Assembly: GCA_046293175.1 (NCBI GenBank)
Contig: JBKBPM010000001.1
Span: 427,446-491,445 of the forward strand
DNA: 64,000 nucleotides
DNA from: Minisyncoccia bacterium
GTDB lineage: Bacteria; Patescibacteriota; Minisyncoccia; Phycocordibacterales; UBA918
Direction of reading: 5' to 3'
The translations under genes were made by a program, and so were the position numbers. A model generated the notes under the pieces. That model was given only the letters and a program-made list of their open reading frames with translations. It ran no database searches and was not told the DNA's origin. Of the stretch, positions 8,947 to 18,826 are shown one piece after another. The first letter of the stretch is position 1. Each line of letters opens with the position of its first letter.

Positions 8947-11287
8947 CCACTCCCTCGGAGTCGTATACTTTATTTTTGTAAATATCGATTAGCTCACGTG
9001 GGTAGATGAAGTTTAGGTTCGTGCCGTTATGGAACAATGTAGCGTTACCACGAGTAACATTAGCATAGCCTAAGAATATAAATGAGTTGCGACGGGTGAG
9101 ACTTGGGAAGATTTCATTTACCGCAGCAATTTTACTGCGCTCATTTACTTTTTTTGACACATGGCGGTCAGTCTGTACTTCGGATTGGAAGTTAGAATTT
9201 TCAGATTTTTCTGCTTGTTCGTTTAGCCATAACAGACCCTTCACTTCACTGTCATGAATATAGTAATAGTCATAATATGGTCCTGAGTCATTAAGGTGCA
9301 ACAAGGCTTTGTAGCCACCAGTAGTCTGCGTCACGGCACCGGTTGAGATAAGAAAGAACGCTACCACAAATGTTGTAGCCAAGGTTTTGGCCACCTTATC
9401 ACCAAACAGGAAGAAAACGGAGAGCGTACCCATTACCGCATATGGCGCTGTAAGGAAGAGCGACTGCTGGAAAGCTCGTAGCACACCATATTCAACCGAG
9501 AGCACTGGGATGACTACCATGGCAGCCAAAAAGAGAATCCCTGCCCCACTCATAAAAAGATACTCGCTTGGTAACCGCTCACGGTAAAACCGAATCGTAA
9601 AGAGACTGATAAGGAGACCAAGAAGTAAAAATATTTGCAAAAGCTTAGCCGAATTAAATTTAAGTGAGTGGTTGAGACTTAAAACATTTATTCCATAGGA
9701 TTCAAGACGAGTACCGATACTCGTTAGCGGTAAGACTGCATCAGGTAAAAAGGTCGGGGCAAAATCAACAATATTACTTTCGGTGTAGTACGTACCTTCC
9801 GGTGCCCGCGCACGGGCTGGCGCTACTACCTGATCTTTATATGACTGCACAACCTCTTCTGGAGTCATTTTTTTAGTAGAAAACACACTATAGAGCGTAT
9901 CGGTTGAACGAGCACTTTCTGAGTCTTTTAGTACTGCATCATAGGTGCGGGCCAAGACTCGTTTAATACTACTGTCAGAGGTCTGGGTAAAGTAGCTACT
10001 CCACGCAAAACTGAGTCCAATGATGGCAAATAACACAAAAAATGAAATTGGTGGGTGTTTGGCGATCGTATACGTCTTGCCAAGTAAGCCGAGTTTGGCG
10101 AGAAGGCTTCGAAGACCAGGCACCTTTTTGCCAATACGCAAAAACCAGTACCCACCCCACGCGGTCATAAGGAAGATAATCACAATGTAGGTAGTCGAGT
10201 AGTGTGACAAAATGATACCGACACCAAAGAATAAGATGAGAAGACTGCGTATCTTGGTCGACTTTTTTTTATCGAGAATCATCGACACAAGGAGCATAAA
10301 CATCAGAAACGCAATCTCTTGGCGATTGAGCATCGGCATGTCGGTGAAAAAGGTTGGAAACGACACAATCATAAACGATCCGAGAAGTGCTATAAATTGC
10401 GGGAAGAATCGGCTCATGACAATAAATGAAAGGATCGGCACTAATGCAAAAATCACTTGAAAGAGTATCTTGTAAATATAAACATCAGGAATGGTCAGGA
10501 GTTCAGCGAGTATTGTTGGCAAAATCGTGATACTCATGCAGGCATTGTAGGCGTCTTGTAGGTAATCAATCGACCAAACACCGGGGACACGGGTCATTTG
10601 AAAAACATTAAACTCACGCTGAATATCATGCCCCATGATATCCCAACCTCGTAGTGATGTCATGAGAAGGAGGGCAAGCGACTGTAAGTACAGCACTCCC
10701 GTTACTGTCCCAGTTCGGATCCGACGATTGAAGAGTACCAAAACCAACATCAAGGCCGCCATTGAGTACAAATTAAAAAGTGCCACACCCCCACCAAGGT
10801 CATTATTGAGTCGAAGGGCACCCACCACCGCCAATACCACAATCACCAAAGCCCAGCTAAGCACTCCCCAGTCAAGCTTCTTGAGTCGAAACGGCTGCAT
10901 CATGAGTGTCCGATCACGATAGATGGGCCAGAACGAGAGGAGAAATAAAAGAATGGAGTATGAAAAGATCAGGGTGTTGCCAACCAGTGGTGTTACACCA
11001 ACCATTGGCAATACCGCATTAGTAAACAACCCAAACAACATCAGGAGGACAAGGCTTGCACCCACCGCAGCTGCCAGATACAGCCAATCAAAAAACTTTC
11101 TAAATTGAAAACTTTGCAAAAACAAAAAGCCTGGTAACACTACGAGAAGCGGAAAGCCAAAGACGGTTTTTATGAGGATACTATCGACAAAAAAGTACGT
11201 CACCACGAACAGACACCACAAAACGAGACCAATCAAAACGATTGTTCTTTCACGGAAACGATAGAGGCCGAACATTTTGCTTGTCAT
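8933..11287 (-). CDS. Large polytopic membrane protein (784 aa) of the glycan locus; possible glycan polymerase or DUF2206-like
   Basis: It has more than 15 predicted TM helices and a soluble C-terminal region. No WWDYG oligosaccharyltransferase motif was seen. The family assignment is uncertain. Confidence 0.55.
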   Translation of the reverse strand: MTSKMFGLYRFRERTIVLIGLVLWCLFVVTYFFVDSILIKTVFGFPLLVVLPGFLFLQSFQFRKFFDWLYLAAAVGASLVLLMLFGLFTNAVLPMVGVTPLVGNTLIFSYSILLFLLSFWPIYRDRTLMMQPFRLKKLDWGVLSWALVIVVLAVVGALRLNNDLGGGVALFNLYSMAALMLVLVLFNRRIRTGTVTGVLYLQSLALLLMTSLRGWDIMGHDIQREFNVFQMTRVPGVWSIDYLQDAYNACMSITILPTILAELLTIPDVYIYKILFQVIFALVPILSFIVMSRFFPQFIALLGSFMIVSFPTFFTDMPMLNRQEIAFLMFMLLVSMILDKKKSTKIRSLLILFFGVGIILSHYSTTYIVIIFLMTAWGGYWFLRIGKKVPGLRSLLAKLGLLGKTYTIAKHPPISFFVLFAIIGLSFAWSSYFTQTSDSSIKRVLARTYDAVLKDSESARSTDTLYSVFSTKKMTPEEVVQSYKDQVVAPARARAPEGTYYTESNIVDFAPTFLPDAVLPLTSIGTRLESYGINVLSLNHSLKFNSAKLLQIFLLLGLLISLFTIRFYRERLPSEYLFMSGAGILFLAAMVVIPVLSVEYGVLRAFQQSLFLTAPYAVMGTLSVFFLFGDKVAKTLATTFVVAFFLISTGAVTQTTGGYKALLHLNDSGPYYDYYYIHDSEVKGLLWLNEQAEKSENSNFQSEVQTDRHVSKKVNERSKIAAVNEIFPSLTRRNSFIFLGYANVTRGNATLFHNGTNLNFIYPRELIDIYKNKVYDSEGVVIYR

Positions 11288-11299
11288 AGAGTATTGTAA

Positions 11300-13582
11300 C
11301 TACATGTCATCATATAGTGAGACGGTAGTTGCGACAATCCGATCCCACTGATATTGCTGTACTGTTTTAAGATTATTAGCACTAAAAGTTCGGTATAACA
11401 TCGCGTCGGTTGTAATAGTCCGTACATTCTCCGCAAACGTTGTTTCATTAAAATCGGCAAGCAAACCATTATGCCCCTCTTTAACAACATCAATAGCACC
11501 AAGCACTCGCGTTGCACAAATCGGTAAACCTTTTGCCATGGCTTCAATAAATACAGTACCAAAACTTTCAAAATGAGCTGTGTGCACAAATACATCAGCT
11601 GCAGCATAGGCTTCTTCAAGAGCGCTGCCTTCGAGTCGACCAGACCACGTGACCATATCACTCACCCCAAGTTCTTCTGCATAGGCTTTTAACTCAGCCT
11701 CTTGGGCACCTGATCCAACAATTGTCAAATGGAATTCTCCTTGCTCTTTGAGCACCTTGAGCATACGAAGCATAAAGTGATAGTTCTTTTGCTTATCAAC
11801 GCGACCTACTGCCACAAGCTGTATAACCTCTCCAGTCGACGGTAAAGTGCGCGGTTCTTTGTGTACCACAAAATCGGTAGCATTAGGGATAGTCACAATA
11901 ACCTCCGGGCGTACACCATATTCGCGAATAAGAATATCACGATAGGTCTCGGTCATGATGATACATTTTGTAGCAAAACGCAGTATGAATCGTAAAGGAA
12001 TCTTCTTGTACACGTAGATAAATAACTTCCCAAAGATGTTTTGTGATTCCACAATGGCACGAATATGGAGAATGTATGGCTTGCGACGAATCATGGCCAC
12101 TATCGCAGCCACAATTGGATAAAACGGTTGTGCCACGTGAATATGGAATATATCAGCCTGCACTCGCCACAGTACAAACGGTAGTCTAAAAGAAATTGGT
12201 GTCGTAATAAAAGAAAGTTTTTTGATACGACGAATTCGAATTCCGTCTTCTACCACGTCTCCTGGAGTAGCCCCCATGGATGAGGTAATAATTTCCAGTG
12301 GGATATGTAATGCCTTCAATTTGTACGCAAGCTCTTTGACCCGCTCCTCCATACCACCTAGGCTCGGCGGGTAAGCTGGCACCACCTGCACAATCTTTTT
12401 TGGGTAGCGGGTCAAAAGATTTTTATATACCAACATAAATTTTTTGGTTTGCATTTCCCATGTGTAGTTTTGGGCTTTATGAAGACCTCCGGCGACACAA
12501 ACAGCTCGCACCGAGGGATCGGTAAACATCGTCGTCATGGCCGACGCCAGAGCTGCTGCGTTGCCTGGCTCGACCAACAGTCCGTTTTCACCATCGGTTA
12601 CCAAATTCACTATACCACCAATCCGCGAACCAATAACCGGAACCCCATAGGCCATAGCCTCAAGGAGCACAAGGCCAAAAGACTCAGCCGAACTAACAGA
12701 CGGCAAAACCACTACTCCTGACCGTCGAAACGACGCTGCCAAGGCATCTCCTGCTAGCGGACCAGTAAACACCACTTTTTTTTCAATGCCAAGATCGTGA
12801 GCCATCGCCTGATAGAGTGAAACAGCATTGCCGCTCCCAACTATTTGCAGAATGAGCTCCGGTTTCACTTTAACTACCAAAGCAAATGCTTCAAGCAAGA
12901 TATCAAGCCCTTTCCAGCGCGAACTGAGGTCAATGCGCCCGACATACGTGATAGTGGTACTACGAGGATCAGCCAGTACGCCGTCTGCCGGTAGATGCAC
13001 CCCCGGTGGAATGACCGTTGCTTTGACCGCATTCACTGGTGCGCCAAACATCTCCGTAAGCGTGCTTGGAGAGACGGTTGTAATCGCATCTGCTCTTCTA
13101 AACAATCGCGGTAACACGAATCGCTCGTAAAGAGATAAAATAATATCAATCGGCCATGATCCCTTTTTGAGACTGCCGGCATGGTAAGTCAAGACAAATT
13201 TGCGGCGACCAGCATGCCAAGCAGCCAATTCAGCAAAAAATGGCACCGGGGCATGTGCATGAATAATATCTGGATTGACATCATTGATAACTCGCTTCAT
13301 CGCAGAATAGGTTGCAAACCCAAGTGGTGTGTTCGAGAACAGGAATCGAGCTGGTAGATAATGAACTGAAATACCATCCATTTCTGCAACCCGGTACACG
13401 TTGCCGTCCGGATTTGTGGTCGCTATTGTTACCTTATAAGCACGATTGGTCTGGAGCTGCTTTGCTAGTTCGTAGACATAACGCTCTACTCCACCAATTT
13501 TTGGGTATAAATATGGACTGACTAAAAGCACCTTAATTGGCTCTGGTGGCAAAGTATCAGTAATTGGCTTTGGTGATTCCAT
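11300..13582 (-). CDS. Fused tandem GT4 glycosyltransferases (two GT-B modules in one 760-aa protein)
   Basis: Module 1 reads KVLLVSPYLYPKIGGVERYVYELAKQL...HAHAPVPFF. Module 2 reads KKIVQVVPAYPPSLGGMEERVKELAYKL...ESFGTVFIEAMAKGLPICAT (E-x7-E). Confidence 0.8.
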   Translation of the reverse strand: MESPKPITDTLPPEPIKVLLVSPYLYPKIGGVERYVYELAKQLQTNRAYKVTIATTNPDGNVYRVAEMDGISVHYLPARFLFSNTPLGFATYSAMKRVINDVNPDIIHAHAPVPFFAELAAWHAGRRKFVLTYHAGSLKKGSWPIDIILSLYERFVLPRLFRRADAITTVSPSTLTEMFGAPVNAVKATVIPPGVHLPADGVLADPRSTTITYVGRIDLSSRWKGLDILLEAFALVVKVKPELILQIVGSGNAVSLYQAMAHDLGIEKKVVFTGPLAGDALAASFRRSGVVVLPSVSSAESFGLVLLEAMAYGVPVIGSRIGGIVNLVTDGENGLLVEPGNAAALASAMTTMFTDPSVRAVCVAGGLHKAQNYTWEMQTKKFMLVYKNLLTRYPKKIVQVVPAYPPSLGGMEERVKELAYKLKALHIPLEIITSSMGATPGDVVEDGIRIRRIKKLSFITTPISFRLPFVLWRVQADIFHIHVAQPFYPIVAAIVAMIRRKPYILHIRAIVESQNIFGKLFIYVYKKIPLRFILRFATKCIIMTETYRDILIREYGVRPEVIVTIPNATDFVVHKEPRTLPSTGEVIQLVAVGRVDKQKNYHFMLRMLKVLKEQGEFHLTIVGSGAQEAELKAYAEELGVSDMVTWSGRLEGSALEEAYAAADVFVHTAHFESFGTVFIEAMAKGLPICATRVLGAIDVVKEGHNGLLADFNETTFAENVRTITTDAMLYRTFSANNLKTVQQYQWDRIVATTVSLYDDM

Positions 13583-13591
13583 AGTGAGAGA

Positions 13592-14740
13592 TTAGCTGGG
13601 TACCACAACTGGATTTTGAAGCGAATCATACACCGCCAATACGCTTGCAAAATTCGTCTCCCAATCAAAATACTGTTTTGATAGCTGCATTGAGTAGCGA
13701 GACATGGCTTCTAGTCGGTTACTATCCCCGAGCACTGCAAGAATCTGCTCTTTGAATACCGCACTGGAACGTTCGCAAAGCACCAAGAGATTTCGATCAA
13801 TATCATATTCGTTGTAGCCCGGCTCGGCAGTAGCGATAATTGGGAGACCACTAGCCATCGCTTCTTGCATCACGAGGGTAAACATCTCCCCTTCAGCTGG
13901 GAATACAAACAAATCAACTGCTTGGTAGAGCAAAGCGAGCTCTGTCTGAGAACGTGGCCCGAGGAAATGAAAGTTTGGGAGTGAAAGCCATGCTTGCGGC
14001 ACTTCACCACTGCCGACATACACTAAGTCAAACGAGTCATCGAGCGCTTCAAAAAGTATATCGTAACCTTTTTTGGGTACCAAGCGACCAACAAAAAGTA
14101 CGAGCGGGCGATTTGTCGGTAAGCCAAAGTCACGGCGCACAGCCGCCACATCAAAACCAAACTTTTTGTTAAACACTTTGGTCTCAATCCCATTGTGCGT
14201 GAGGAGAATCTTCTCTGCCGGCACGCGGTAATGAAGTAAAAAGTCGCGTACTTGTGGGTTATAGACCACAATCTTCGTTGCGTACGCAAAGAGCATCTTG
14301 CCAAAAATGGCATAAACTGCCTTTTGGATAAACATCACCGCCTGACTAGAGTGCGGCACTATGGCAACGTGCTGTGTCAAAATGAGTGGTTTTCGAAATA
14401 CAAATGCCCAGAACAGTGCAAACCATGACGTCATATAAAACACATCGTGCACGTGCACAGCATCAGCTTGTCGAATAGCACTAAAACTCTTTGTAAGGTA
14501 ACCGAGTCCCACTATTGGAAAGGGGATACCAAAATGTTGATCAAAAAAATTCCACACCTTCGCACGGTACACGCAAACACCTTTCACGACTGTCGTACCG
14601 GCCTGTTCATTAGTGCCTGCACAGGTAACAACAGATACCTCATGACCATGCGTCACGAGGCTCTGTACTTGATTTTCCGCCACAATTTCCAACCCTCCCA
14701 CGTGTGGCGTGTAGTAATGAGAAATGGAGACAATTTTCAT
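13592..14740 (-). CDS. GT4 glycosyltransferase
   Basis: MKIVSISHYYTPHVGGLEIVAENQVQSL is a typical GT4 N-terminus. The start is set at the internal Met, 2 nt after the upstream stop. The C-terminal FPAEGEMFTLVMQEAMASGLPIIAT is the E-x7-E region. Confidence 0.8.
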   Translation of the reverse strand: MKIVSISHYYTPHVGGLEIVAENQVQSLVTHGHEVSVVTCAGTNEQAGTTVVKGVCVYRAKVWNFFDQHFGIPFPIVGLGYLTKSFSAIRQADAVHVHDVFYMTSWFALFWAFVFRKPLILTQHVAIVPHSSQAVMFIQKAVYAIFGKMLFAYATKIVVYNPQVRDFLLHYRVPAEKILLTHNGIETKVFNKKFGFDVAAVRRDFGLPTNRPLVLFVGRLVPKKGYDILFEALDDSFDLVYVGSGEVPQAWLSLPNFHFLGPRSQTELALLYQAVDLFVFPAEGEMFTLVMQEAMASGLPIIATAEPGYNEYDIDRNLLVLCERSSAVFKEQILAVLGDSNRLEAMSRYSMQLSKQYFDWETNFASVLAVYDSLQNPVVVPS

Positions 14741-14742
14741 AG

Positions 14743-15513
14743 TTACACTCTCTGCACCACCACGTCTTCGATCTCTGGAGATAGACCAACCTGCGTCTTT
14801 TTGGTTGGGTTCCAAAAGAGGTTACCAAAAAGTACTTTCATGATTTTGATACCATCAGCAACTGGCCGCAAGTTTGATTTACCAGCGCGGGCATCATAAC
14901 TAATTGGTACGGAAAAGATAGACTCACCGAGCTTCGCCATCTTCGCCACCATTTCGATCTCAATGGTAAAACCTTCTGAGGTAAGATGCGGTGTCATTTT
15001 TCGTACTACATCAGCGTTCCATGCGTAGTAGCCAGTGAGCACATCGGTAGCCTGTACGCCATAAAATACTCGCGCAAGGGTGGTAAACATATGATTGCCA
15101 AAACGGTTAAAAGCAGACATGGCATCATGTTGCATCTTGCCTTTAAGGCGAGAGCCCAGAACCACCGTACAATACCCGGCTTCCAGTGGTTCAATGAGGC
15201 GCATAACCTCACTTGCACGGTAGGTGTCATCACCATCAAGCATTACAACAAAGTCAGTGTCTGGCGAAATCTGCGCAAAAGCCGAGCGCATAGCATTACC
15301 CTTCCCTTTTTTACCTTCAAAATGGACAGTTGCACCATGGCGAGCAGCCACTTCAGCGGTATTATCCTTTGAATTGTTGTCGACAGCGATAATCTCAAAA
15401 TCATACCCTGGGGTGATTTCCGCTACTCTTTTGAAACCATCAATAACTGAACCAACACCGGCAGACTCGTTGTAACATGGGATAAGAATGGTAATTTTTT
15501 TATTGGTTGACAT
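14743..15513 (-). CDS. GT2 glycosyltransferase (dolichyl/polyprenyl-phosphate sugar transferase-like)
   Basis: The motifs ITILIPCYNESAGV, IAVDNNSKDNT and VMLDGDD (DxD) are present. Confidence 0.8.
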   Translation of the reverse strand: MSTNKKITILIPCYNESAGVGSVIDGFKRVAEITPGYDFEIIAVDNNSKDNTAEVAARHGATVHFEGKKGKGNAMRSAFAQISPDTDFVVMLDGDDTYRASEVMRLIEPLEAGYCTVVLGSRLKGKMQHDAMSAFNRFGNHMFTTLARVFYGVQATDVLTGYYAWNADVVRKMTPHLTSEGFTIEIEMVAKMAKLGESIFSVPISYDARAGKSNLRPVADGIKIMKVLFGNLFWNPTKKTQVGLSPEIEDVVVQRV

Positions 15514-15531
15514 AGGCTTTTGTGATTTTAT

Positions 15532-15981
15532 TTATTTAATTTTGAAATCAATGGATTTCTGATGGGTGGGTAAGGAGACGTAGACGATACTATTTTTTGG
15601 GTAGTCTTCGACATCGAGCTCTACATCAGTGTAGACGGTCTCGCCGGACTTGACATACAACGATCCTTTGGTGACAGGAAAGGTCTTTTCACCCGCATAG
15701 ACATCAACTGAAAAACTGTAGTTTTGATCAGTGTTTTCATGGTTATAAACCCCAAAAGAGAAACTCTTGAGACTCTTTACATTGTCAAACTCTTCAGCTA
15801 ATGACTCAGGATTAACGAAAAACAAGGCTGTATATGATTCTGGCACTGGGTAAACCCCAATTTTTTTGAAAACCGCATCAAAGTAGCCGAATTCCGCTAA
15901 AAGTAACACTGTAATGAACACACCAACCACAACGGTGGCCATAATTGCTTTTACGAAATAGCGCGAACGCTTGATATCCAT
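15532..15981 (-). CDS. Hypothetical membrane-anchored protein (149 aa)
   Basis: It has an N-terminal TM segment (IMATVVVGVFITVLLLA) and sits in the same strand block as the GT genes. No family was recognised. Confidence 0.5.
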   Translation of the reverse strand: MDIKRSRYFVKAIMATVVVGVFITVLLLAEFGYFDAVFKKIGVYPVPESYTALFFVNPESLAEEFDNVKSLKSFSFGVYNHENTDQNYSFSVDVYAGEKTFPVTKGSLYVKSGETVYTDVELDVEDYPKNSIVYVSLPTHQKSIDFKIK

Positions 15982-16112
15982 ACCGATTATGTCGGTCTAA
16001 AACATAGCATAACTTAGATATTCTGTCAATATTAAAAGGCGGCATGGTTGCATCCATGCCGCCCGAACAGTTCATAGATTACAAATATCCATCAATGCTG
16101 TTTATAACACGC

Positions 16113-16136
16113 AAAAACCCGCCTAAAACGGGTTTC
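16113..16136 (-). terminator. Rho-independent terminator of the surface protein gene
   Basis: On the minus strand the stem AAACCCG/CGGGTTT with loop TTTTAGG is followed by TTGCG. It lies about 20 nt past the stop at 16157. Confidence 0.55.
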
Positions 16137-16156
16137 TTGCTCATCAAACGCTTGAT

Positions 16157-18085
16157 TTAGCGCTTAATCAACACATTGGTTGAAAGATTTTCGCCTTCAA
16201 AGCTTGGGTATGGTTCAATACCAGGACACATGATGTCGTTAATCTGCCAACGAGTGGTCTTGTAGACGAATCCGGTTGGACGATTGTGCGGCACAATACC
16301 CTTTTCAAACCATGGCTTGATAACGGTATCAGCGTACTTGGCCTGGAAGAATTTTACATTCGCTTCGGTTGTATCATCAAAGATACCAGTGAGCGGTGTT
16401 ACATAACCCTGGAGGTTAAGGAAGACTTGGAGCTTCAATACCTGGTAGGTATCATTCTCAGTTGCCTTCTGCATGTAATCGTTCAGCCAGAGACCACACT
16501 GGGTGGTAGCACCGAGCACCTGTCCTTGTGGACGCTTTGTACGAGTACCACTTGAACCATTCTTTCGTGGCTTTTCTTCAGTTACCACTTCATTCTTATG
16601 GTTACCAAAGTCACAACGTGTACCCGAATACCATACGTCTTTACTCATATTACTGTCTTGAGACGATAGTTCCATGTCTGGTACAGTGAAGGTACAAGTA
16701 GTTACTTCTTCTTGTGGTACACCATTCTTTTCTACCCCTGTCTGTGTCCAGCCTGACTGAGCAATTTCTGACACAGTCCAAGTACCAGCTGGCACCCAGA
16801 ATTCATAGTCACCATCTTCATCGGTAGTTGTGGTGATGGTATCTTCACCATTTGTAGCTGTGATGGTCCAACCAGCAAGAGTTGGCTCATCCTTGTCCCA
16901 AACGCCATTGGCGTTAAGATCGTTCCACTTTGACCCGGTGAGCTGGTACTCTGGTTCACCATAGTAATAGTTACCAAAATCACAGCGGTATTGGGACTCT
17001 TCTGTTTCTACATCATCTAGTAATACTGAAGTAATTGACTCGTAGAGAATTGGCTCAAAATTTCCAAGTTCGAACGAGCAGTATCCTTCTACTTCATCAT
17101 TATTTTGCCAAACCCCAACCTGTTCCCAATTTGGTCGATCTTCTTCACTAATCATCCAGTCACCAGCTGGTAACTTAAATGAGTAATAGCCGTATTCATT
17201 AGTAATGGTAGTGGTTGAATAATCACCATTTGATGCAGTAATTTCCCAGCCTTCAATACCACCTTCATCACAGTAGTAATCATCTTCAAAATCACCGCGT
17301 GAGAGACTTCGTTCATCATGATACTCATTGTAGTAACATGGGAACTTGTAACCCTCTACTGTGTATGTTGGTTCAGCTTCTTCAGCCACATTCCAGGCTA
17401 CACAGTAGTAAGTAGTATCATCTTCAAGACCACCTACGTAGTCAAAGTTGTCATAATTGAGTACGTCCTTGTGACAGTAGAGCTCGGCAGACACCGGGTT
17501 GTTATTAACCTTACCTGGGTTGTAGGTGAAAGGAATGTAACCGTCTTGGAGTACTTCACGGACCCAGATACCAGTTTCAAAAGCACTTTCTGGAATGGTA
17601 GTTGAGTAACTGAAGGTAGTCCACGGAGCTCCAGCAGGACCAACGAGGGTGTCCCCGGGGTTGCCTGTACTGCCATATGGCGCCCACTCGAACTCCCAAC
17701 CCTTGGCAAAGTAGCAACCTTCGTGTGCTTCTACCCAGTCTTCAGCTGTATCAGCCGTAATATCTGGGTTTTCAGTAGTACTTCCCCAATTTGGGAGGTC
17801 AGCCTCATCATCACAGATAATCTTATCTGCAACGAGTCGAGCAGATGCGACAGATTCATCAATTGGTGCTGTTTTAGCAACTTCTTCAACTGGTTCTTCA
17901 GTATTTTCTGCTGGAGTAGTCACCTCCTCAACTGGAGTTTCAGTGGTTGATGTTTCTACTGGAGGAATTTCTCCTTCAGCATTAGCGACAAAAAAAGCCG
18001 CTGGAAAAGCGCTTAAAACCAAAGATACCGCAGTTAAAAGGGCGACGAAACGAATCGTAATTCGTGGTGCACTTATAGTAAACAT
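16157..18085 (-). CDS. Secreted acidic cell-surface protein with two SdrD-B/Cna-B-like domains and C-terminal peptidoglycan-binding (PG_binding_1-like) domain
   Basis: It has a signal peptide and a Glu/Thr/Pro-rich region. Two repeats read GWEITASNGDYSTTTITNEYGYYSFKLPAGDW and GWTITATNGEDTITTTTDEDGDYEFWVPAGTW. The C-terminus LKLQVFLNLQGYVTPLTGIFDDTTEANVKFFQ is PG-binding-like. Confidence 0.75.
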   Translation of the reverse strand: MFTISAPRITIRFVALLTAVSLVLSAFPAAFFVANAEGEIPPVETSTTETPVEEVTTPAENTEEPVEEVAKTAPIDESVASARLVADKIICDDEADLPNWGSTTENPDITADTAEDWVEAHEGCYFAKGWEFEWAPYGSTGNPGDTLVGPAGAPWTTFSYSTTIPESAFETGIWVREVLQDGYIPFTYNPGKVNNNPVSAELYCHKDVLNYDNFDYVGGLEDDTTYYCVAWNVAEEAEPTYTVEGYKFPCYYNEYHDERSLSRGDFEDDYYCDEGGIEGWEITASNGDYSTTTITNEYGYYSFKLPAGDWMISEEDRPNWEQVGVWQNNDEVEGYCSFELGNFEPILYESITSVLLDDVETEESQYRCDFGNYYYGEPEYQLTGSKWNDLNANGVWDKDEPTLAGWTITATNGEDTITTTTDEDGDYEFWVPAGTWTVSEIAQSGWTQTGVEKNGVPQEEVTTCTFTVPDMELSSQDSNMSKDVWYSGTRCDFGNHKNEVVTEEKPRKNGSSGTRTKRPQGQVLGATTQCGLWLNDYMQKATENDTYQVLKLQVFLNLQGYVTPLTGIFDDTTEANVKFFQAKYADTVIKPWFEKGIVPHNRPTGFVYKTTRWQINDIMCPGIEPYPSFEGENLSTNVLIKR

Positions 18086-18250
18086 ACGCTTATATCTCTA
18101 AATATGATAATGGATTTATAAATGGAATATCCAACACTAAGGTGAACTCTAACGCACCTAAGCTTGGGTATTGTACACCCATTTTTTGGACATTTCAAAT
18201 ATACAACATAATATTTGAAAAGTAAATACCCTCTCTTATCCAGGGCTCTA

Positions 18251-18280
18251 TTGTAGCTTTTGCTTAGGGTACGGTATACT
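18251..18280 (+). promoter_or_regulatory. Promoter candidate (TTGTAG-18-TATACT) giving a probably leaderless transcript
   Basis: The -10 is at 18275..18280 and the ATG of the next gene at 18287, only 6 nt downstream. Confidence 0.4.
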
Positions 18281-18286
18281 AACCAG

Positions 18287-18772
18287 ATGAAAACATCAGC
18301 CTTTTTGGTAATTTGTGGATTATTCACATTGACTAACCTGGTAACTTCCCAAACTGCTATGGCGGCAGAAAAGATCGCCATGACCGTAAGTGGGTCATAT
18401 ACCTTCTTTGCACTTCCTTTCACCCTCACCCCAAATAAGAGTCAAATTGTCGTACCAAAGACCGCTGCGCGTGATACAGCCACCTCATCAAGTGTTGGTT
18501 TTACCCTCAAGACACCTGAAGGACTCCGCCAAACTGGCGGTCAGGCTGTTGGGATGGTAGTAAAAGATGCCAGAACTGATGAATATGTGCTCTATGTCCT
18601 CTATAAAGACACAGTACCATCAGCCCGCGTAAGTACCCTCGCCATCACACATCTACCCTTCCTCCTCGTCAACGCAAAAACTGGTACGAGTAGCCAACAG
18701 CTCAACCCAAGTGAACTACGCAACTTTGTGGTAAAAAACCCGAACGTGAAGAAGCTTACCGACAGCGAGTAA
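18287..18772 (+). CDS. Hypothetical secreted protein (signal peptide)
   Basis: MKTSAFLVICGLFTLTNLVTSQTAMAAEK is a signal peptide. No family was recognised. The TTG at 18260 in the ORF track is probably not the real start. Confidence 0.55.
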   Translation: MKTSAFLVICGLFTLTNLVTSQTAMAAEKIAMTVSGSYTFFALPFTLTPNKSQIVVPKTAARDTATSSSVGFTLKTPEGLRQTGGQAVGMVVKDARTDEYVLYVLYKDTVPSARVSTLAITHLPFLLVNAKTGTSSQQLNPSELRNFVVKNPNVKKLTDSE

Positions 18773-18826
18773 GCGCCGTCATCTAAAGACTTGAAAAAGG
18801 AGATTTTTATGCTATAATTTTAGCAT

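Noticed and set aside
11284-11661. 125-aa minus-strand ORF
   Set aside because: It is out of frame within the 3' end of the double-GT4 gene and overlaps the start of the large membrane protein. It is spurious.
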